Below are positions 26,701 to 38,700 of a DNA stretch of 64,000 nt, piece after piece (the stretch's first letter is position 1; each line of letters starts with the position of its first letter). This DNA is from Glycera tridactyla. Lineage: Eukaryota. A program made the translations under genes and the position numbers. A model generated the notes under the pieces. That model was given only the letters and a program-made list of their open reading frames with translations. It was not told the DNA's origin and did not search any database. The DNA lies in NCBI GenBank assembly GCA_965644265.1, contig OZ286466.1:70556001-70620000 (forward strand). Direction: 5' to 3'.

Positions 26701-29700
26701 CCAGTTAGGATCGACATGCATATAACACTTGCCATTGAAGTCAATGGCTAAACAGGACCGATTGTTTAAGCATGCATCTTTACATTCCTCTACATTCGAG
26801 GCAGATGGAATTACGATTCCACCAAAGGCAAGCTGATTCGGGAAAGATTCCCAGGTGACGCTACAATCAGGTGTGGCTGAAATCAGAGAAATAAAATGTG
26901 CTTCAAACAATCACCCAACTAATTTATCCCTCACACCTGGTAGTTGACTAATACATCTTGGTTATCTGCTCGTGCAGTTCTCTTCAATACACAATTCATG
27001 AGATTAGTCTATTTGCTGATCAGATAATGCTTTTCTCCAAAAGAAAACCTGACACAAGAACAACCTCGTGGTGACCTTCGTATATATGGATAATCTGGGA
27101 CTAAGATGGCATCTCGAATATGTGGATATACATGCTTTTCATATTGATGTCGAACAATGACATCACCATCATGCATGCGGAATCCTGGTCCATGTATGGA
27201 ACAAGACTTCTGAAGGACCTGTTATCACCCCATGCCATAGCATGGATATAATTATTACTGGCAATTTTCGGTCAATATTTTTCACCATCTGTACAGCCAA
27301 CATTGTCTGGGTGTTATCATATTACTATTATTAGAATGTGCCTTGTATCATATCATTACTACTTACTATTACTTGTATCACTATTATTATTATCATCATT
27401 ATTAACATCACAAAGTGTCCTACCATACAATGTGTATTAGTAGTATTCATATTGTAAGAATATGTCTCAAGATGCACACATCTTAGCTTTCCGGATTTTA
27501 TAACTCAACAATATCATCTCCATTATTATCATCCAATTATCATGATTATGACAGGGATCCTCTCTAAATGTTGGGGTATATTGGGTTTACTGCTCGCACA
27601 TATATATTTGATATATGGCGGGCTGATTTCCTCCCATATTGTATATGCATCATATGACAACAGTTCGAACTGGATGGACGACAGCGATATGATATGAAAA
27701 CTTCAATTACCCATTGTAGTGCCACATGATCGGCTTGGTACGAATTGGTCAACATTAGGATGGTTGGTTTGAATCTGGTCAGACCAGTTTGGATCGACAT
27801 GCATATAGCACTTGCCATTAAAGTCAATAGCTAAGCAGGACTGATTGTTTAAGCATGCATCTTTACATTCTTCAACATTCAAGGCAGATGGAATAACGAT
27901 TCCACCAAAGGCAAGCTGATTCGGGAAAGATTCCCAGGTGACGCTACAATCAGGGGTGGCTGAAATCAGAGAAATAAAATGTGCTTCAAACAATTACCCA
28001 ACTAATTTATCCCTCACACCTAGTAGTTGACTAATACATCTTGGTTATCTGCTCGTGCAGTTCTCTTCAATACACAATTCATGAGATTAGTCTATTTGCT
28101 GATCAGATAATGCTTTTCTCCAATAGAAAAGCTGACACAAGAACAATCTTGTGGTGACCTTCCGATATATGGATAATCTGGGACTAAGATGGCATCTCAA
28201 ATATGTGGATATACATGCTCCCCATATTGCTGTCAAACAATGACATCACCATCATGCATGCAGAATCCTGGTCCATGTATGGAACAAGACTTCTGAAGGA
28301 CCTGTTATCACCCCATGCCATAGCATGGATATAATTATTACTGGCAATTTCCGGTCAAAATCTTTTCACAACCTGTACAGCCAACATTGTCTGGGTGTTA
28401 CCATATTACTATTATTAGAATGTGCCTTGTATCATATCATTACTCACTTTTATTCGTATCACTATTATTATCATTATCATTATTATTATTAACATCACAA
28501 AATGTCCTGCCATTCCATGTATATTAGTAGTATTCCTATTGATAGAATGTGTCTCATGTTGCACACATCTTAGCTTTCCGGATTTTATTAATCAACAATA
28601 TCATCTTCATTATCATCGTCCAATTATCATGATTATGACAGGGATCCTCTCGCATTGTTGGGGTATATTGGGTTTACTGCTTGCACATATATATTTGATA
28701 TATGGCGGGATGATTTCCTCCCATATTGTATATGCATCATATGACAACAGTTCGAACTGGATGGACGACAGCGATATGATATGAAAACTTCAATTACCCA
28801 TTGTAGTGCCACATGATCGGCTTGGTACGAATTGGTCAACATTGGGATGGTTGGTTTGAATCTGGTCAGACCAGTTAGGATCGACATGCATATAGCACTT
28901 GCCATTGAAGTCGATGGCTAAGCAGGACTGATTGTTCAAGCATGCATCTTTACATTCTTCAACATTCGAGGCAGATGGAATTACGATTCCACCAAAGGCA
29001 AGCTGATTCGGGAAAGATTCCCAGGTGACGCTACAATCAGGGGTGGCTGAAATCAGAGAAATAAAATGTGCTTCAAACAATTACCCAACTAATTTATCCC
29101 TCACACCTAGTAGTTGACTAATACATCTTGGTTATCTGCTCGTGCAGTTCTCTTCAATACACAATTCATGAGATTAGTCTATTTGCTGATCAGATAATGC
29201 TTTTCTCCAATAGAAAAGCTGACACAAGAACAACCTTGTGGTGACCTTCCGATATATGGATAATCTGGGACTAAGATGGCATCTCAAATATGTGGATATA
29301 CATGCTCCCCATATTGCTGTCAAACAATGACATCACCATCATGCATGCAGAATCCTGGTCCATGTATCGAACAAGACTTCTGAAGGACCTGTTATCACCC
29401 CATGCCATAGCATGGATATAATTATTACTGGCAATTTCCGGTCAAAATCTTTTCACAACCTGTACAGCCAACATTGTCTGGGTGTTACCATATTACTATT
29501 ATTAGAATGTACCTTGTATCATATCATTACTCACTTTTATTCGTATCACTATTATTATCATTATCATTATTATTATTAACATCACAAAATGTCCTGCCAT
29601 TCCATGTATATTAGTAGTATTCCTATTGATAGAATGTGTCTCATGTTGCACACATCTTAGCTTTCCGGATTTTATTACTCAACAATATCATCTTCATTAT

Positions 29701-32700
29701 CATCGTCCAATTATCATGATTATGACAGGGATCCTCTCGCATTGTTGGGGTATATTGGGTTTACTGCTTGCACATATATATTTGATATATGGCGGGATGA
29801 TTTCCTCCCATATTGTATATGCATCATATGACAACAGTTCGAACTGGATGGACGACAGCGATATGATATGAAAACTTCAATTACCCATTGTAGTGCCACA
29901 TGATCGGCTTGGTACGAATTGGTCAACATTGGGATGGTTGGTTTGAATCTGGTCAGACCAGTTAGGATCGACATGCATATAGCACTTGCCATTGAAGTCG
30001 ATGGCTAAGCAGGACTGATTGTTCAAGCATGCATCTTTACATTCTTCAACATTCGAGGCAGATGGAATTACGATTCCACCAAAGGCAAGCTGATTCGGGA
30101 AAGATTCCCAGGTGACGCTACAGTCAGGGGTGGCTGAAATCAGAGAAATAAAATGTGCTTCAAACAATTACCCAACTAATTTATCCCTCACACCTAGTAG
30201 TTGACTAATACATCTTGGTTATCTGCTCGTGCAGTTCTCTTCAATACACAATTCATGAGATTAGTCTATTTGCTGATCAGATGATGCTTTTCTCCAATAG
30301 AAAAGCTGACACAAGAACAACCTTGTGGTGACCTTCCGATATATGGCTAATCTGGGACTAAGATGGCATCTCAAATATGTGGATATACATGCTTCCTTTA
30401 TTGATGTCAAACAATGACATCACCATTATGCATGCAGAATCCTGGTCCATGTATGGAACAAGACTTCTCAAAGACCTGTCATCACCCCATGTCATAGCAT
30501 GGATACAATTTTCACTGGCAATTTTCAGTCAAAATTCTTTCACCACCTGTACAGCCAACAATGTCTGGGTGTTATCATATTACTATTATTAGAATGTGCC
30601 TTGTATCACATCATTACTACTTACTATCATTCGTATCACTATTATTATCATTATCATTAACATTACAAAGTGTCCTGCCATTCCATGTGTATTAGTAGTA
30701 TTCCTATTGATAGAATGTGTCTCATGTTGCACACATCTTAGCTTTCCGGATTTTATTACTCAACAATATCATCTCCATTATTATCATCCAACTATCATGA
30801 TTATGACAGGGATCCTCTCTAAATGTTGGGGTATATTGGGTTTACTGCTCGCACATATATATTTGATATATGGCGGGATGATTCCCTCTCATATGGTATA
30901 TGCATTATATGACAACAGTTCGAACTGGATGGATGACAGCGATATGATATGGAAACTTCAATTACCTATTGTAGTGCCACATGATCGGCTTGGTACGAAT
31001 TGGTCAACATTGGGATGGTTGGTTTGAATCTGGTCAGACCAGTTGGGATCGACATGCATATAGCACTTGCCATTGAAGTCAATAGCTAAGCAGGACTGAT
31101 TGTTTAAGCATGCATCTTTACATTCCTCTACATTCGAGGCAGATGGAATTACGATTCCACCAAAGGCAAGCTGGTTTGGGAAAGATTCCCAGGTGACGCT
31201 ACAGTCAGGGGTGGCTGAAATCAGAGAAATAAAATGTGCTTCAAACAATCACCCAACTTATTTATCCCTCACACCTAGTAGTTGACTAATACATCTTGGT
31301 TATCTGCTCGTGCAGTTCTCTTCAAATCACAATTCATGAGATTAGTCTATTTGCTGATCAGATAATGGCTTTCTCCAATAGAAAACCTGACACAAGAACA
31401 ACCTCGTGGTGACCTTCCGATATATGGATAATCTGGGACTAAGATGGCATCTCAAATATGTGTATATACATACTTTTCATATTGATGTCAAACAATGACA
31501 TCACCATCATGCATGTAGAATCCTGGTCCGTGTATGGAACAACACTTCTGAAAGACCTGTTATCACCCCATGTCATAGCATGGATATAATTATTACTGGT
31601 AATTTTCTGTCAAAATTCTTTCACCACCTGTACAGCCAACAATGTCTGGGTGTTATCATATTACTATTATTAGAATGTGCCTTGTATCATATCATTACTA
31701 CTTACTATTATTCATATCATTATTACTATTATTATTATTATTATTAACATCACAAAGTGTTCTGCCATTCCATGTGTATTAGTAGTATTCCTATTGTTAG
31801 AATGTGTCTCATGTTGCACACATCTTAGCTTTCTGGATTTTATTACTCAACAATATCATCTCCGTTATTATCATCCAATTATCATGATTATGACAGGGAT
31901 CCTCTCGCAATGTTTTTTTTTTTTTTGGTTTACTGCTCGCACATATATTTTTTTGATATATGGCGTGATGATTTCCTCTCATATTGTATATGCATTATAT
32001 GACAACAGTTCGAACTGGATGGACGACAGCGATATGATATGAAAACTTCAATTACCTATTGTAGTGCCACATGATCGGCTTGGTACGAATTGGTCAACAT
32101 CAGGATGGTTGGTTTGAATCTGGTCAGACCAGTTAGGATCGACATGCATATAGCACTTGCCATTGAAGTCAATGGCTAAGCAGGACTGATTGTTTAAGCA
32201 TGCATCTTTACATTCTTCAACATTCGAGGCCGATGGAATTACGATTCCACCAAAGGCAAGCTGATTCGGGAAAGATTCCCAGGTGACGCTACAATCAGGT
32301 GTGGCTGAAATCAAATGAACGAAAACTGCTTAAACAAATTACCAACAGATCTTTCTCTTACAAATAATCACAGTGGAATCTTCCTCTTTTATTCATATCG
32401 ATAGGTGCTAAGGTGTTGAATTATTCCGAGGGATATTCAAATATAACCACAGGTTTGATTCATTATCACATCTCGATGTTTCGATCTCCATTCTGTCATT
32501 TAATTCGAGGACGATATGTTCATTAGGAGTAAATTTAGCCAAAACAAAGACAACATTAACAGAGATAGTAAGCCCTCTAAATTTCCAGAATATTTCAATG
32601 TGAGGAGAATTGTTTGGTTAGATAGTCTTCATTCACTGTTCTTTATATATTGGATCGCAACAGAAAAGCTCAAGGTGAATGCATTTTGAGTGGCAAATGA

Positions 32701-35700
32701 TTTAATTCAATGGGAAATAATGCACGAGTAACGTACGAAGTATACTCAATCAATTTATGTACTGTAGGGCCTCAGGCTAGGCATGGAATCATTGTCCATA
32801 TCATCCTGTGAAGTTGCTGCATAGATATGATGGAAAATACAGATGCAAAGTGGTTGGCAATATTCAGTATCAATCAAATGAAAGTTCATGCAAAATCACT
32901 CTTTTCCACTGCAAACAGTGCTGAATTGACCGTACAGCGACAGTTGAATCACCTCAGAATTCGAATATATATATCATGCTTTACGAATCGAATAGTATCA
33001 AATACTGCCCCTGTCTTATATGCCGGACTGGATGGGAAGAAATTGATCCTTTCAATCTGAGTAAATACTGCCCCTGTCTTATATGCCAGACTGGATGGGA
33101 AGAGATTGATCCATTCAATCTGAGTAAATACTGCCCCTGTCTTATATGCCGGACTGGATTGGAAGAAATTGATCCTTTCAATCTGAGTAAATACTGCCCC
33201 TGTCTTATATGCCGGACTGGATTGGAAGAAATTGATCCTTTCAATCTGAGTGGATAATATCGAAAACTCCATTTACCTACAGTAGTACCACATGCCCGGT
33301 TCAGTACCCATTGGTCAACATTTGGATGATTCGTTTGGATCCGGTCGGGCCAGTTGGGGTCAACATGCATGTAGCACTTGCCATTGAAGTCAATGGCTAA
33401 GCAAGACCGATTATTGAGGCATGCATCTTTACATAGCTCAACATTAGAGGCAGATGGAACAACAATTCCATCAAACGCAAGTTGATTTGGAAAGGATTCC
33501 CAGGTGATGCTACAATCTGGAGTGGCTAAAATCAGATAAATATAATCTGTGTCAACTGATTTTCCATCAAACATGGCAATCACGTGGATTCAATATTTGT
33601 ATTTCTTCGAACATCTTGTAGACAATTTATGTAGAAACTTGAAGCAGAGGATTTTACAATTCACCCCTAACTGAGATTGATACTGCCGATATATTTGGAT
33701 ACTGGTGCTCGAATTTGAAATTGTTTGTATCAGATCTATCACACTGATATGAAAGATATCTGTTCTAATGTAAAGCAAGTCTCAGGAGCTTTAGACTTTG
33801 TTCATTGCTCCATATATATATTGACATTGATTGGGGAGAAATTGTCCCTATAGATTCTCATTGTGTACTGTGCAATGGCAAATTGATTGGTGTGTATTGG
33901 TTTGTTAGTTTTAACAAAAAAATGCAGAAGATAGTCATGAAGGACAGGCATTCGGTTTACCTATTGTAGTGCCACAGGCCCGGTGTAACACCCACTGGTC
34001 CACATTTGGGTGATTAGTTTGGATTCTGTCAGTCCAACTAGGCTCGATATGCATATAACACTTGCCATTGAAATCAATGGCTAGACATGACTGATTGTTT
34101 ATACAGGCATTTTGACATTCCTGTACATTCGAAGCAGAGGGAACAACAATTCCATCGAAAGCTAGCTGATTTGGGAATGCTTCCCATGAGATTCTACAGT
34201 CTGGAATTAAAATTACATTTCATTGAACAGGTAGTTGTCAAATACTCGTCACCCTTAAGGTGTGATAATATTCGTTTGAATCGAACCTTAACAATACCGA
34301 CATAGACAATATTAATAAAAAAAGTAATACTGACATCATGCCCGCGTAACTGACCAAGAGAGTTTAGAAAATACATTATGTTATCAAAGTAGTTTGGCTA
34401 GATTGAGTTATATTTTTTAATCATCAATTATGTCATATGAAAGTTTCGAAATTTGTTTCTATTCTTGGACCGATAATATTGCATCAGAACTCCATTAAAT
34501 GCGCATGGAATCAATTTCATTATTCAGAATTGCCATCCACAGTGGTACTAATAATGGTTTGTGCACATATAGTGAGCTGTGGAGCAAATTGTGTGGTGTG
34601 CCTGTCATGGGCATATAATTTACCTGAAGGGCAGTTTCTATTCGGGACCCATTGGTCAACTTCAGGATGATTGGTTTGAATTCTATCTGGCCAATCAGGA
34701 TCCACATGCATGTAGCATTTGCCATTGAAGTCAATTGCAAGACAAGATTGATTGTTTAGGCAGATATTTTGACATTCCTCAGGCGTGGATGCGGATGGGA
34801 CAACAAGTCCACCGAAGGCAAGTTGTGATGGGAAAAAGTCCCATGTGATGGTACATCCCCCTGCTGAAACGAATCCCGGATAAATCAATAAATATCTGAC
34901 CACTGGTTTCTCAATACAAAATGATTACTTCGCTGTTTGTAAGGGTATCTCAATCATATGAAAACAGAGGTACATGGGCATTTCGGATTACATTGAATAT
35001 TGAGTACAACTGCCGAGGTAAAAATCCCTCCTTCAATTTCAGTGTCTTCGAAATGCAGGCCATATATTGTATACTGGTCCTACTGTATCACTGATACTCC
35101 AATTCATTACAGAAGTGGACAGAACAAAGGATGATTCATGAATATCTGCATTCTTCGGAGATTTATAGAAAATCGAATGGAGTAGAGATCCAGGAAGCTG
35201 TGTGAGAAATTAATGCCAATTACCGATGGTAGTGCCACATGCTCGGTTCAGTACGAATTGATCGACTTCTGGATGATTGGTTTGGATGCGATCAGGCCAG
35301 GAAGGATCAACATGCATATAGCACTTGCCATTGAAGTCAATGGCTAAACAAGAACGATTGTTGAGGCATGCATCTTTACATTCCTCGACATTTGAAGCAG
35401 ATGGAACAACGATGCCATCAAAGGCAAGCTGATTTGGGAAGGATTCCCATGAAATGCTACAACCAGCAGCTGCAATGGAATTAATGTCATCAAAACATTC
35501 TGCTTTGGAACAATGTCTTCCCATGAAATGCTACAACCAGCAGCTGCAATGGAATTAATGTCATCAAAACATTCTGCTTTGGAACAATGTCTTCCCATGA
35601 AATGCTACAACCAGCAGCTGCAATGGAATTAATGTCATCAAAACATTCTGCTTTGGAACAATGTTTATGTTACAACTGATGTTCTCTACATCTGATGTTC

Positions 35701-38700
35701 TCTATATATTCATTCTGCCGAACAATGTTTGAATTGTGATGCAGAATCAAAGCATATTTTCGAGTGAATATTAGCGAAACTGTGGAAGAAACGCATATGG
35801 ACAGCCTGGCTTCACTACCTGGCTTGAGGTATTTTGATGTAGGGGTTATATACAAAGATTTAATGACTCCCCGAAATACTGAATTGCACTCGATGTATCT
35901 ATTACTACCATAAAATAATATGTAGACGAAGTAGTAATGGATCGCCAATCTACCCTCTGCCACTAATGATTTGTTATGTCGCTGAATATGAAAATATTGA
36001 TTACCTATTGTAGTTCCACATGCCCGGTTCGGTACCCATTGGTCAACATTTGGATGATTCGTTTGGATCTGGTTGGACCAGTTGGGGTCGACATGCATGT
36101 AGCACTTGCCATTGAAGTCAATGGCTAAGCAAGACCGATTATTCAAGCATGCATCTTTGCATAGTTCAACATTAGAGGCAGATGGAATTACGATCCCGCC
36201 AAACGCAAGCTGATTTGGAAAGGATTCCCAGGTGATGCTACAATCAGGTGTTGCTGAAAGTGTATGAACATAATCTTATTTTACAGTTTCCCATCACTCC
36301 AAGATTTGACCAATTAGATATTATTATCCTGATCATAGGCCTCCCCGAGTTCTGTATGATGCTGGATAATTTTCAGCTAGTCAGACTCAGTTACTTTTGG
36401 TATGATTGTGAATTGTATTAACTTAATTTTGTGGCCATTATACATCCTCTAATTCAAGCACCTCTTATTCAATAGCATCGATTTCGGTACTCTCTGTCAT
36501 TTTTTGGCAAACTGCAGTGAATCAACAAGATTTTCATGAATTAGCATCAATAAACCTGCACTGAGTCGAGATTAATGTATTTTTTTTTAGACGAAGGTCT
36601 GAATAGTTACAATATCGAACGATTCCAACAAATGGAGTGAACATTTCACAGGCTTGTCATATTCCCACCAGTCTGCATGGATGTTTGAATTGAATTTCAT
36701 GAATTCACCATGATGAGATCAATATTTTCAAAATTTCCTGATCAATTGCGAATGATTCAAATGATCTATAATATGAACCCCTATATATCAAGATAAATGG
36801 CCCCGGTCCACATCAGATATGGTAATGTGAATTGTCTTTTGAAGTCATAATTACTGTTATTTGTAGGTCCTTATGGATCATTTGGTAGGTCACATTCGAG
36901 CTTTTTGGATAATGATAACAATTACCTATGGTAGTGCCACAAGCTCGATTGAGGACCCACTGGTCAACATTGGGATGGTTAGTTTGGATTCGGTCAGACC
37001 AATTCGGATCAATATGCATATAACACTTCCCATTGAAATCGATGGCCAGGCATGACCCATTGTTAAAGCAAGCTGTTTTACACTCTTCGGCTGACGATGC
37101 TGATGGAACAACGATACCATCAAAAGCTAGCTGATTTGGGAATGACTCCCAAGAAACGCTGCAATCAGGAGTTGCTGAAAGTGAAAGAAATTGCAAGTGA
37201 TGAGTTCCTGCTATGTCTCTGGATTTGTTTATATACTATTTGTTCACTTCCCTTGTTCCAGTGAGGGAATCAATCGATTTCATGATTTACTCCCCAATTT
37301 AAAAGTGAGCTTTGATAAAGTAGTTTTCTCCTGTCCCACTTTGGGATTTCATGATTAGATTGACTTCACCATTGAGAAATGGAGTTTATGGACCAAACTT
37401 TGGACTTCTGGTTTAATTGCAACATGATGTTTAAATATTGTAGTAAATGGAAGAAAATGTACCTAATGTGGTGCCACAGGCCCGGGTTAGGACCCACTGG
37501 TCTACATTTGGATGGTTGGTTTGGATTCGGTCAGGCCAACTTGGATCAATATGCATGTAACACTTTCCATTGAAATCAATGGCCAGGCATGACCCATTGT
37601 TAAAGCAAGCTGTTTTACACTCTTCGGCTGACGATGCAGATGGAACGACGATACCATCAAAGGCTAGCTGATTTGGGAAAGACTGCCAGGACACACTGCA
37701 ATCTGGAGTTGCTGAAAGGGAAAGAAATTGCAGGCGATGAGTTTCTGATATATCTCTGGATGTTCCAATATACTAGCTATCTGTCAACTTTTGTGAATTT
37801 CGATTGGAGAAATAATTTTCCCTTGTTCCAGCATGATTTACTCCTGAATTCAAAACTGAGCTTCGATTGATGAAGTAATTTTCTCCTGTTCCTGTATCGG
37901 AATCAATTGATTTCATGATTTACTCCCCAATTTAAAACTGAGCTTTGAGTGATGAAGTAGTTTTCTCCTGTCCTACTTCGGGATTTCATGATTGAATTGA
38001 CCTCACTATTGAAAAATGGAGTTCATGGATCAAGCATTGGATTTCTGGTTTAATTGCAATGTCGTGTCTGAATATTATAGTAAATGATAGAAAATGTACC
38101 TAATGTGGAGCCACAGGCTCGGGATAGGACCCACTGGTCTACATTCGGATGGTTGGTTTGAATTCGGTCAGACCAATTTGGATCAATATGCATATAACAC
38201 TTTCCATTGAAATCAATGGCCAGGCATGATCCATTATTATAGCAAGCTGTTTTACATTGTTCGACCGACGATGCAGATGGAACAACGATACCATCAAAAG
38301 CTAGCTGATTTGGGAAAGACTCCCAAGAAACGCTGCAATCTGGAGTAGCTGAAAGTGAAATACATCGCAGGTGTAAATTATTCCATGCCTGTATGATTGA
38401 AACATTAAAAGATAGTTACCTAATTGTGTTCTCGTGTTGGTGAGTTTTTTTTTATGTGATAATGCGTACAGAAATAAAAGGTATGGTTTTATGATATATA
38501 TATTCAATTTGAACACGTCCAAGTTCATTTAAGCAATAAAGAGAGCATATTCGAATTCAAATATTTGTCTTGTGAGTACTTTCAGATATCACCTCAGTAT
38601 CACTACTTATGTATGTTTTTGTTCATTAACAGTGTGATGCTCTTCCTTTATGGGAAGGAATCATGAACTTACATTTTTTCTTTAAAATTTATTATAACTC

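Noticed and set aside
28422-32042. Plus-strand hydrophobic ORFs (MPCIISLL..IIIII) recurring in the 6x block, and 4856..5158
   Set aside because: They arise from (ATT/ATC)n intronic tracts and break by indels between copies, so there is no coding constraint.
2417-37123. Alternate-frame and antisense ORFs over domain exons (e.g. 2417..2770, 5356..5559, 26511..26744, 36926..37123)
   Set aside because: These are shadows of the conserved exon sequence. The true frame is fixed by splice phase and Cys pattern.
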